Positions 39,750 through 47,967 of a DNA stretch of 64,000 nt are shown piece by piece. The translations under genes and the position numbers were made by a program. The stretch covers positions 1,344,001 through 1,408,000 of the forward strand of contig CBDFIQ010000001.1 of the NCBI GenBank assembly GCA_965248195.1, given 5' to 3'. A model generated the notes under the pieces. The model was not told where the DNA came from, did no database searches, and was given only the letters and a program-made list of their open reading frames with translations. Numbering within the stretch: position 1 is the first letter of the stretch; each line of letters begins with the position of its first letter. Source of the DNA: Longimicrobiales bacterium (GTDB lineage Bacteria; Gemmatimonadota; Gemmatimonadetes; Longimicrobiales; Gaopeijiaceae).

Positions 39750-42035
39750 ATGAGACGTCGCGGATATCTCGCCGGTTGGACTGCCACAGTCCTCCTTTCT
39801 CCGGCTGTTGCGAGCGCTCAGTCGATCGAAATCCACGGTCCGCCGGCCCCCACGGGCCGAGAGGTCGTCAGCTGGGACGCCGAGGGAAGAGCCACGGTGC
39901 GGGCGACCCGCGCACTGGTGCCCATGTCGATCGACGGGGTTCTGGACGAGCCCTTCTACCGCTCGACCGCCTCGATACCGAACCTCAAGCAGAGTCTGCC
40001 GACGCCCGGCGCGGAGCCGGCGGAGCGCACGGAGACGTGGATCGGATTCGACGACAACAACATCTATGTCGCCGCACGCCTCTGGGACTCAGCACCGGAG
40101 ACCGAGTGGACCGCGAACGAGATGCGGCGCGATGCGAGCACCATCCGGACGAACGACAACTTCGGAGTGTTCCTCGACACCTATTACGACCGTCGCAACT
40201 CGATCGGGCTCTACGTGACCCCGGTGGGCGGCTTCACAGACCTGCAGATGACGAACGAGGGCAGCCCCAATTTCGACTGGAACGCCGTCTGGGACATCCG
40301 CACGGGTCGCTTCGATGGTGGCTGGACCGTGGAAATCGCGATCCCCTTCAAGTCGCTTCGTTATCGAGCCATCCGAGAGCAGGTCTGGGGTTTGCAACTG
40401 CGGCGCTTCCACGTGCGCAACAACGAATGGAGTCACCTCACGACGCTTCCGTTGTCCGTCACGGGAAACGGCCCTTCGGCCATCTTGCGGATGTCGATGT
40501 ATGGAACGCTCGTCGGTGTCGAGGCGCCGGGGGCCAGCATGAATCTCGAAGTGAAGCCCTACGTGGTCTCCGGGCTCCAGACGGATCGGACCGCCAATCC
40601 CGTCGTGGACAACGAGACCCACGCCAGGGCGGGCCTGGACGTCAAGTACGGGATCACGGAGAATCTCACCGCCGATCTCACCTTCAACACCGACTTCGCG
40701 CAGGTCGAGGTGGACGAGCAGCAGGTCAACTTGACGCGCTTCAGCCTCTTCTTTCCCGAAAAAAGGGAGTTCTTCCTCGAGAGCCGGGGGAACTTCGAGT
40801 TCGGGAGGGGCGGGAGCAGGGGCGGCTTCGGTGGAGGCGGTGCTCCGACATTGTTCTACAGCCGACGGATCGGGCTCCAGAGTGGCCGGCTCATCCCGAT
40901 CATCGCCGGGGGGCGCGTGACGGGGAAGGTCGGCGCGTTCGACATTGGGCTGGTCAGCTTACAGACCGACGACGAGCCGAACGTGAGCGCCGAGTCGACG
41001 AACTTCAGCGTGGTGAGAGTTCGCCGCGATGTGTTCGCCCGCAGCAGCATCGGGGTCCTCTTCGGCAACCGGTCCGCCTCGCTGGTCTCCAGCGGCGCGA
41101 ACCAGACCTACGGCGCGGACGCCTCGTTCTCATTCCTTCAGGACGCTTATCTATCGGGGTACTACGCCGGGACCGCCACGGAAGGCCTCAACGGGCACGA
41201 CCAAAGCTACCGGGCGCAAATGAGCTATGACGGTGATCTCTGGGGGGCGCGGCTCGACCATCTGCTGGTGGGTGACGACTTCAATCCGGAGATCGGGTTC
41301 GTGCGACGTGGCGGGTTCCGGCAGTCCGCTGCCTCCGCCTACTGGAGTCCCCGTCCCGGGGTCCGTTGGATACGGCAGCTCAGCTTCTCGGGGAGCTTCG
41401 ACTATTTCGAGAATGATCGGGCCGGGTTCGTGGAGAGCCGCAATGGAGGCGGGCACTTCAGCATCGAGCTCGAGAACAGTGACCGGTTCTTCGCGGGCGT
41501 ATCCGACAGGTACGAGAACCTCCCGGTGGCTACCGGGATTTCTGGCGCCACGATCCCCGCCGGCCGGTACTCGTTCCGTGACGTTCAGGTGGGCTACACC
41601 TTCGGCTCGCAGCGACGAATTTCTGCCGGGCTATCGGTGCGCCGGGGCACGTTCTACACGGGCGAGATCACGTCGGTTAGCCTGAGTCGCGGTAGGATCG
41701 AAGTGCTGCCGCAGCTGTCCGTCGAACCAGGTATCACACTCAACTGGCTCGACCTCCCGGATCAGCAGACGTTCGCCGGCGAGTTCAATCAGCACGTGGT
41801 CACGACGCGCATCACGTATAGTTTGACGCCCCGCACCTTCTTGAGCGGCCTCGTGCAGTACAATTCGCGGGGCGACCTGCTCAGCGGCAACTTCCGTCTG
41901 CGCTGGGAGTGGGCTCCCGGCAGCGAGCTCTTCCTGGTCTACACGGAGGAGCGCTTCACGGAGACCCTCGACCGATGGGGGGACTTGGAGAACCGAGGCC
42001 TGGTGATCAAAGTGAACCGGCTGCTGAGGTTCTGA
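39750..42035 (+). CDS. CBM9-like/DUF5916 outer-membrane protein (intact)
   Basis: IDGVLDE, EIAIPFKSLRY, NTDFAQVEVD, FFPEKREFFLE, LFYSRRIG. Confidence 0.9.
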   Translation: MRRRGYLAGWTATVLLSPAVASAQSIEIHGPPAPTGREVVSWDAEGRATVRATRALVPMSIDGVLDEPFYRSTASIPNLKQSLPTPGAEPAERTETWIGFDDNNIYVAARLWDSAPETEWTANEMRRDASTIRTNDNFGVFLDTYYDRRNSIGLYVTPVGGFTDLQMTNEGSPNFDWNAVWDIRTGRFDGGWTVEIAIPFKSLRYRAIREQVWGLQLRRFHVRNNEWSHLTTLPLSVTGNGPSAILRMSMYGTLVGVEAPGASMNLEVKPYVVSGLQTDRTANPVVDNETHARAGLDVKYGITENLTADLTFNTDFAQVEVDEQQVNLTRFSLFFPEKREFFLESRGNFEFGRGGSRGGFGGGGAPTLFYSRRIGLQSGRLIPIIAGGRVTGKVGAFDIGLVSLQTDDEPNVSAESTNFSVVRVRRDVFARSSIGVLFGNRSASLVSSGANQTYGADASFSFLQDAYLSGYYAGTATEGLNGHDQSYRAQMSYDGDLWGARLDHLLVGDDFNPEIGFVRRGGFRQSAASAYWSPRPGVRWIRQLSFSGSFDYFENDRAGFVESRNGGGHFSIELENSDRFFAGVSDRYENLPVATGISGATIPAGRYSFRDVQVGYTFGSQRRISAGLSVRRGTFYTGEITSVSLSRGRIEVLPQLSVEPGITLNWLDLPDQQTFAGEFNQHVVTTRITYSLTPRTFLSGLVQYNSRGDLLSGNFRLRWEWAPGSELFLVYTEERFTETLDRWGDLENRGLVIKVNRLLRF

Positions 42036-42115
42036 CTGAGGCTTCTTCAGCCCGTCTCACCAGGGACTGGCCCGCGCCATTGCTGTTGCAGTGTGGCGAC
42101 TGGAGCCGCCCCGCA

Positions 42116-42215
42116 GCTTCATCCACGCCCCCCACGAGGGGGGGGCGACCAATACGAGCAACAAGGCCATCACCAAGGCACCGTTTCAATCCACGCCCCC
42201 CACTAGGGGGGCGAC
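42116..42215 (-). CRISPR. Type I-C mini-array: 2 repeats, 1 spacer (33 bp)
   Basis: Repeat 1 (42183..42215, minus) GTCGCCCCCCTAGTGGGGGGCGTGGATTGAAAC; spacer 42150..42182 GGTGCCTTGGTGATGGCCTTGTTGCTCGTATTG; repeat 2 (42116..42149) GTCGCCCCCCCCTCGTGGGGGGCGTGGATGAAGC. Confidence 0.93.
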
Positions 42216-42229
42216 TACTGCGTACACGC

Positions 42230-43084
42230 CTACTTCTCCAGCACCGTAACCCCATCAGGAATCCGGCTACCGTCCAGACTCACGTCGTAGTCGGCGTAGG
42301 ACCGAGGCACGTCAACGCCCTCCCGCTTCTGGATGATCAAGGCCTCGAACAGCTGGTGGGACGGCGCATTACCCAACGCGTCATCGTGCTCGAACACGAG
42401 GAGACGCCATTTGGCCATACTGCCTGGTGGACGGGCAGCCGACTGATCGAACTGGAACGCTCTATCGAGGGCCTGCCAGACCAGCTCGAGGTCCTCCTCG
42501 TCAAACCCCGTCTGATCCGCCAGGAAAGGATTCACGAAGCCGTGCGCCCGGTAGATGGCGTAAGGTACCGTGAACTTGCGGCCCATCGTCCGCTCCTTCT
42601 CCAAGTCCTTCACATTCGTCACGGAGCTACGCGTGATCGCATGCTCACTAGTTACGATCGGGTCGATCGACCGGGCGAAGGAAAGCTGAACCGGCCCACG
42701 GACCTGCCCACAGTTCACCTCAGTGCTCATCACTGCGCCAAACGTGCGGATGTCAAAGAAGTTGTGGCACATGAAGTCGGTGAGTGCCTGCGCCTTCTTC
42801 TGGTCCTTGGGGAGTCTCCTGGAGACCGGCTTCTCCCCAACGTGTTCGTATGCACGCTCATGGGTGTTGTTGAGCACGGCCTTGTCGGTGAAGTAGATCT
42901 CATGCCGCGGCTCGCTCGTTTTCGTGAGCGCCACGAAGTTACGAATCTTCCGCTTGAGGCAAACGTCGGTCACCAGTCCCTGCCCGGTCTCCGCGTCGAT
43001 GCGGGGGAGGTTCCCGGCATCGGGGTCCCCATTGGGGTTGGCATCGGTTACGTCGAACACGAAAATGAAGTCGTAGCGCTTCAT
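42230..43084 (-). CDS. cas7: Type I-C Cas7 (Csd2)
   Basis: NPNGDPDAGNLPRID, TDVCLKRKIRN, FFDIRTFGAV, GQVRGPVQ, TMGRK. Confidence 0.97.
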   Translation of the reverse strand: MKRYDFIFVFDVTDANPNGDPDAGNLPRIDAETGQGLVTDVCLKRKIRNFVALTKTSEPRHEIYFTDKAVLNNTHERAYEHVGEKPVSRRLPKDQKKAQALTDFMCHNFFDIRTFGAVMSTEVNCGQVRGPVQLSFARSIDPIVTSEHAITRSSVTNVKDLEKERTMGRKFTVPYAIYRAHGFVNPFLADQTGFDEEDLELVWQALDRAFQFDQSAARPPGSMAKWRLLVFEHDDALGNAPSHQLFEALIIQKREGVDVPRSYADYDVSLDGSRIPDGVTVLEK

Positions 43085-43467
43085 GCGGCTGAGTTTGCTT
43101 CCGAGTTTTCGTTGCTCCTTCGCTTTGTGTAGAGAGCTCTCGTCTGGTGGTAGTACCCGAGGGCAAACAGGCCCTGTTCGTTGAGATTGAAATGAGCCGG
43201 AAAGCCATCGAGAGGATCGAGCACTTCCTGAAGGAGTCGCTCTCGGTTTGTTCGATGACCCCCATCCAGCTTCGCTAGATGGTGCTGGTAGGTGCGTAGC
43301 AAACGTGGGAAGACCGTACGGGGCATCGCCGCCGCCGAGCTGTAATAGCTGCCTCGGATCGTGTTGTTCAGCTTTCGGCCCAGGGCGTCCTTTTGAGTCT
43401 TCTCGATGGCCGCGAACGCTCGACCGAGCCGATACGCCGGGCTGGTGTTCTCCAAGTCCAGGCTCAT
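43081..43467 (-). CDS. cas11: Cas11 small subunit translated from an internal start in cas8c
   Basis: In-frame ATG (MSLDLENTSPAYRLGR) preceded by CAGGAGGTGAGT. Confidence 0.75.
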   Translation of the reverse strand: MSLDLENTSPAYRLGRAFAAIEKTQKDALGRKLNNTIRGSYYSSAAAMPRTVFPRLLRTYQHHLAKLDGGHRTNRERLLQEVLDPLDGFPAHFNLNEQGLFALGYYHQTRALYTKRRSNENSEANSAA

Positions 43468-44877
43468 ACTCACCTCCTGGTGTTTGTTGCGGACGAGGTA
43501 CCCCTTGAGGACACAGGCACGGGGGTAATTGATCAAACGGTCGGTGTGGATTCGTCGAACTACGGCGCTGAACAGGCCCTGGGGATACGGGACGCCCTGA
43601 AGCACGGCCCGAAGGAGTGGGCCGGCAAGAACCGGAGGGATCTTCTCTCGGTCCGGCTTGCCCTGCTTGGTCGGACAGGTCTGGTCCAACAACATGCCGT
43701 ACGACGGAAATTCCGGATCCGCCCGTCGTTTTCCAGAAGCGGGCTGGGGCTCTGTGCCGCTATCATCGTGATGCTTCTTGAGGTTGTCGAGGAGATCGCG
43801 CACTGTACCCTGATGAAAGGACCGCACCGATATGCGAGCCGCATTCGGTGCGAGTCCCAACAGATAAAAGCCGGTTCTATCGGGGTCCTCATCGAGGGCT
43901 CCGTACCCACGTCCCGAGCGTAGAGCCCTCAAGAACATCTCGAACCTCGACTTCATGGCCTCGTCCTGAACGTCGCCGCCACTCGAACCGCGGCGGAGGT
44001 ATTGCGCGAGGCAATCCTCGACGGCACTCGGCTTGTCCGTCCAGAACACCACCGTGGTGGCTCCGAGTTGGATGCGGTGCTTGTCCCGCATCGGGCCTTC
44101 GAGAAGGGCGTTGAGGCCCGTGGCATACCGGAAAGCAGCTGATTCGGAGACGGGTGCGTTGTGGCTCTGCGTTTTGCCGAAGGACTCGTAAGCCCCTTCG
44201 TTGAACGAGACGAGGGTGGCGCCTGCGGACTGTGCGCCCGCTACGCCCTTGATCTTCGGGGAATGCGTCTTGGCCACCGGGCCGTATTCACCGGTAACGA
44301 GGCACTGGGCCTCAAAGTCCTCGGACCTTTCCTTCGTGTGGCTGGCCCACCAGGCTCTTACTTCCGGCACGTCATGGACGTAGCCGAGGTCGCCTTGGAT
44401 CTGGAAAACGCCGAACCCGGTGTTGGTGTGCTCCAGCACCGGAAACTGAGCAACGACATCATGGCCCGCAGCGGGATTCCAGTTGGTCAAGAAAGCACAC
44501 ACCGCAGAAAAAGTCGGCGCGTCGATCTCGGTATTCAGTCGGAGGTGCCGATCCCGAAACCCTTCGAAGGCTCTTAGCGCACGGGCACGCTTCTTGGGAT
44601 CGGCATCGTACCCCAGGAGGTAGGCCGTGTTGTCCCAGAGGAAACCGGGGTTGATTCCCGATCCGGAAGACTTCGCCTGCCCGGGCACGAGGACGCGTTG
44701 GGGGCGGAGCTTGCCCGCTTCGTTCTGCCGCGCGTCCTGAATGTCGAAGAGAGTCCCGTCGGGCCGCAGGACGATCTTGAAAGTGATCTTCTGCACGCTG
44801 TGGCCGAATGGAGGGATTTTGTAAGTGGTATCTTCGCTCAAACGATCATAGAGCGCGACCAGTGACTGTAGGATCAT
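43081..44877 (-). CDS. cas8c: Type I-C Cas8c (Csd1)
   Basis: MILQSL..LY, FLWDNTAYLLG, CLVTG, LVSFN..A.ESFGK.Q..NAPV, LGLAPNAARISVR, GLFALGYYHQ. Confidence 0.97.
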   Translation of the reverse strand: MILQSLVALYDRLSEDTTYKIPPFGHSVQKITFKIVLRPDGTLFDIQDARQNEAGKLRPQRVLVPGQAKSSGSGINPGFLWDNTAYLLGYDADPKKRARALRAFEGFRDRHLRLNTEIDAPTFSAVCAFLTNWNPAAGHDVVAQFPVLEHTNTGFGVFQIQGDLGYVHDVPEVRAWWASHTKERSEDFEAQCLVTGEYGPVAKTHSPKIKGVAGAQSAGATLVSFNEGAYESFGKTQSHNAPVSESAAFRYATGLNALLEGPMRDKHRIQLGATTVVFWTDKPSAVEDCLAQYLRRGSSGGDVQDEAMKSRFEMFLRALRSGRGYGALDEDPDRTGFYLLGLAPNAARISVRSFHQGTVRDLLDNLKKHHDDSGTEPQPASGKRRADPEFPSYGMLLDQTCPTKQGKPDREKIPPVLAGPLLRAVLQGVPYPQGLFSAVVRRIHTDRLINYPRACVLKGYLVRNKHQEVSMSLDLENTSPAYRLGRAFAAIEKTQKDALGRKLNNTIRGSYYSSAAAMPRTVFPRLLRTYQHHLAKLDGGHRTNRERLLQEVLDPLDGFPAHFNLNEQGLFALGYYHQTRALYTKRRSNENSEANSAA

Positions 44878-44880
44878 GGC

Positions 44881-45609
44881 TCAGGCCCTGGCGCTCTCGA
44901 GCGCCGGGACGTCGAGCACACCGTCCTGCAATATCGCTCGGAAAAATCGCGGCTGAGCTGTCACCCGCCGTCCCTGACTGGACTCGATGACGGCACCTTT
45001 TGGATCCGGAATGAAAAGGTGATCGTGGAACAGGAACCCCAGATCCTTTGCGCCCCTCAACTCCGTGGGACACCCAGGAAACGAATCAAGGAGCTCAAAG
45101 CTCGCAGGGAACTCCCTGCACCCCAGGTAGGGGTGATGGAAGTACTGTCCCTTCCTGCCACGTCGCTTGAAGGTGTCCAGGTGCTTGGCCTCGGGGTTCG
45201 TTGTCCCAGCCTCCCCCTTGTCCGTCAGCTCCACGTGTGCCTGGATTCCGTAGGACACGTCCCGAAGTAGCAGGGCGGCTCTCTGCTGGCGGTGTTCGTC
45301 AACGGCCATGCCCAATCGCCCAGCACCAGCTTTCATTGCCGCCTCGACGCCAGACTTGCCCCGCATGGGGATCTTCGCGTCGATCTCGTTTCGCCGAATC
45401 TGCGTGCGCCGGATGGGAGCCAACACATGAATCCGGTCAACGACCCACCGCATTTCCGGTTTCCAGTAGATCGCCTCGAGAATGCCACGTGCCGCGCTGG
45501 GGGTCAGGATGTCGTAGGAAACCCGCTCCACTTTCATTTCAGGGCGGTTGAACGAAGCCAGATCCCCCCAAACCCTCAATCGCACGCCATAGGCCATACT
45601 GGACCCCAT
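44881..45609 (-). CDS. cas5: Type I-C Cas5 (Cas5d, crRNA-processing); alternative start 45597
   Basis: FNRPEMKVERVSY..TPSAARGILEAIYWKP, LLRDVSY, AKH..F.RR..KGQ.FHHPYLGCREF. Confidence 0.97.
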   Translation of the reverse strand: MGSSMAYGVRLRVWGDLASFNRPEMKVERVSYDILTPSAARGILEAIYWKPEMRWVVDRIHVLAPIRRTQIRRNEIDAKIPMRGKSGVEAAMKAGAGRLGMAVDEHRQQRAALLLRDVSYGIQAHVELTDKGEAGTTNPEAKHLDTFKRRGRKGQYFHHPYLGCREFPASFELLDSFPGCPTELRGAKDLGFLFHDHLFIPDPKGAVIESSQGRRVTAQPRFFRAILQDGVLDVPALESARA

Positions 45610-45699
45610 TCCCTCATCATCCCCACCACCCCGTCGTCACATGGTCGCCCGCACGTGGTCTCCTCCCGTCGCCGCGGTGGGGCCGCTTACGAGGGGATA

Positions 45700-45715
45700 C
45701 CTACTAAGACGTAGG
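45700..45715. promoter_or_regulatory. Palindrome upstream of cas5
   Basis: CCTAC-TAAGAC-GTAGG. Confidence 0.35.
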
Positions 45716-45897
45716 GAAGGACGGGAAAGTTGCAGGAACGGGTCGAGGAGGGGCGGCTGCGGCGCGCCCGGCTAGAGGATGCTAGTCCCTCAGCTTAGTG
45801 CGGGAGCAGGCGGGATCGGGGACCTAGAGGCTCTACTTCACAGGAATTGCTGCAGTCGTGGCCAACAGGTCGTAGAGGATGGACATCTGGCAGTTCA

Positions 45898-47244
45898 TTA
45901 CCCTCTGAACGTAATGGGGACTTCGATCCATACGGCAACCGGCTCGGTTCCGTTCATAGCCGGGGTGAACCGCAAAACGTCCGCGACCCTGAGGGCAGCT
46001 TCGTCCAACTGCGCCCGGCCTGAAGTCCGGGAAACTCTCGCGTCCCCGACCACGCCGTCGTCGGAAATGAAGAACCAAACCCTCACCGTCCCACCGATTC
46101 CGGCATCCCGAAGCGCAGCGGGATACTCCCGCATCAGGGCTGCCTGGACCTCTTCCCGGTTTGTGATCTCCGGCCGGACGGTCATAGGTGTGAACACAGG
46201 ACCCGCCTGGACTGCCGCCGCGTCTCGCGACTCCACCTGAAGTGGCTCGGGGCTTGTCGTGGGCGCCGACTGACTCGCTGGCGGCTCGACCTCGACGATT
46301 GGCGGGTCCGCTTCTCCCGCCACCGGACTCGTCGGGGGGGCCATGGGCGGATCCACAGCACACGAAGCCACCACGAGCAGTGCTGCGAGCAGTGTCAGTC
46401 CGACGGTACGCGTGTACCGGGGGTCGCGAGTGTCGGTCATGGCAAGGATCCTCTGTTCGATCGATGGGATCGGGCGAGCGAAAGCCAGCGCGCTCAACCG
46501 TGAGGCCGTGCCTCGAGCGCCGATCTCAACAAGAAGCCTGGCGTACCGCTTCACGTCCGCCAATCGGTTAAGGACGCGATGGTCACAGTCGATCTCGATG
46601 GCCAGGCGAAGCCGGTGAACCTGCCACCAGAGAGGGAGGTTCCACGGAAGGAGCGTCAGAAGAAGAAGAGAGAGGCCTGCCAGGCGCGTATCGCCCGCGT
46701 TACAGTGCTCCCCTTCGTGCTGGAGCATCAACTCTTGCTCCCGCGGTGGCATGCCAAACGCCCAGCGCGGCATCACGATCACCGATCGGATCCATCCCAC
46801 GACGCCGGGGCCGAGGTCTTCCGAAACCAGAACGTCCCGGCCATGGAGTTCCGACGGCGTCCAAGTGGACCGGTCCGACCGAAGCCGCAGGTGGGCCCGC
46901 AGGAGGACCGCGGCAACCGCAAGAGTCAGCACCACCCAGCCTGCACCGAGCAGCGTGTCGAGGCCAATGCCGGAGGGTGACGCATCCGCCAACCGCGTAA
47001 TGGAGCCGACGACGGGGATCAGAAGAGCGTCGAGTGGAGTGGAGACGACCGTGCCAAGTGGGAGCGCAGAGGCCGGCGGACGTAGGATCGCGACGAGCGT
47101 ATAGCCGAACGACCCGGCCATCGCTCCAGCCCAGATCCAACGCGTGGGAAAAGCGAACACCCGAACGGCGCGTTCGAAGGCCCACGCCGCTAGTCCCAGA
47201 AGAAGGCTCACGCTCATCACATAGACCATCAGGCTCAATAGCAT
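45898..47244 (-). CDS. M56 family (BlaR1-like) metallopeptidase with TonB C-terminal domain
   Basis: HEGEH, PWNLPLWW...EIDCD, RILAM; C-terminal YPAALRDAGIGGTV...LDEAAL...FTPA. Confidence 0.92.
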   Translation of the reverse strand: MLLSLMVYVMSVSLLLGLAAWAFERAVRVFAFPTRWIWAGAMAGSFGYTLVAILRPPASALPLGTVVSTPLDALLIPVVGSITRLADASPSGIGLDTLLGAGWVVLTLAVAAVLLRAHLRLRSDRSTWTPSELHGRDVLVSEDLGPGVVGWIRSVIVMPRWAFGMPPREQELMLQHEGEHCNAGDTRLAGLSLLLLTLLPWNLPLWWQVHRLRLAIEIDCDHRVLNRLADVKRYARLLVEIGARGTASRLSALAFARPIPSIEQRILAMTDTRDPRYTRTVGLTLLAALLVVASCAVDPPMAPPTSPVAGEADPPIVEVEPPASQSAPTTSPEPLQVESRDAAAVQAGPVFTPMTVRPEITNREEVQAALMREYPAALRDAGIGGTVRVWFFISDDGVVGDARVSRTSGRAQLDEAALRVADVLRFTPAMNGTEPVAVWIEVPITFRG

Positions 47245-47633
47245 CAGTCTTCCTCCCCTTCCGAGCCCTCACCCAGACGCTCGTCGACGAGTTGGCGCAG
47301 CCGGTGGAGTTCCCGTTCGTCCATGCCACGGTCGGAAACGAGTTGGACCAGGAGCAACTCTGGCGAGCCCTTGAATACCTTCTTCACGAGCCGCCGTAGC
47401 TCCCGCCGGCCTGCCGCCGTCCAGTCCACGAGAGCGTAGTAACGGTAGGCCCGCCCCTCCGCCTCATGCCGCACATACCCCTTCTCCCTGAGCGTCCTCA
47501 GCACGGAGAGCACCGTCGTGTAGGCGAGGGGATCGCCCAATCGCTCCTGGACCTCTGCGACCGTTGCGGAGTCCAGATCCCAGAGGATGGACATCACGTC
47601 CAGTTCGCGGGGTGTGAAGGTGTCCGGCGGCAT
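47244..47633 (-). CDS. BlaI/MecI/CopY family repressor
   Basis: RELDVMSILW, LAYTTVLSVLRTL.EKG, GRAYRY. Confidence 0.95.
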   Translation of the reverse strand: MPPDTFTPRELDVMSILWDLDSATVAEVQERLGDPLAYTTVLSVLRTLREKGYVRHEAEGRAYRYYALVDWTAAGRRELRRLVKKVFKGSPELLLVQLVSDRGMDERELHRLRQLVDERLGEGSEGEED

Positions 47634-47646
47634 GATCCTACCCTTG

Positions 47647-47709
47647 TTACGGGAATTCTAGTAGCAACATGGGGATTGCCTCCGTCCCTGTCAACTAGAA
47701 AACCCGTAG
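47647..47709. promoter_or_regulatory. Paired candidate BlaI operators
   Basis: TTACGGGAATTCTAGTAG (47647) and inverted CAACTAGAAAACCCGTAG (47692), 14/18 match; TTGACA on minus strand at 47689..47694. Confidence 0.6.
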
Positions 47710-47741
47710 ATGGATTCTCAACACACATCGATTACCACGCA

Positions 47742-47870
47742 GAAATCCCCAGCCTCATCGCCGCTGTGGAGACCCACCCGGATGCGCCCTACAGTTCCAT
47801 GATAGAAGTGCTGGATGCGCTCCACTCCGCAAACGCCGAGCGTATCTCGCTCCAGATGCTGGAGAACTAG
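47742..47870 (+). pseudogene. ExbD-like C-terminal remnant
   Basis: IAAVETHPDAPYSSMIEVLDALHSANAERISLQ*, with no N-terminal TM segment. Confidence 0.6.
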
Positions 47871-47967
47871 GGGAGGCGCGATCAGAGGCGGCGGCATTTT
47901 CGAGGCTGAATGCTAGCATCCCCCGCTCGTTTGAAGGAAATCCAGCCGTAACTGCGTACATTCAGGT

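Noticed and set aside
42230..45609. CRISPR-associated transposon (CAST)
   Set aside because: No tnsA/B/C, tniQ or Tn7-like ends recognised in the window; cannot be excluded in trans
45644..45684. Repeat-like GTCGCCCGCACGTGG upstream of cas5
   Set aside because: Opposite orientation to the array, with no stem and no GAAAC handle
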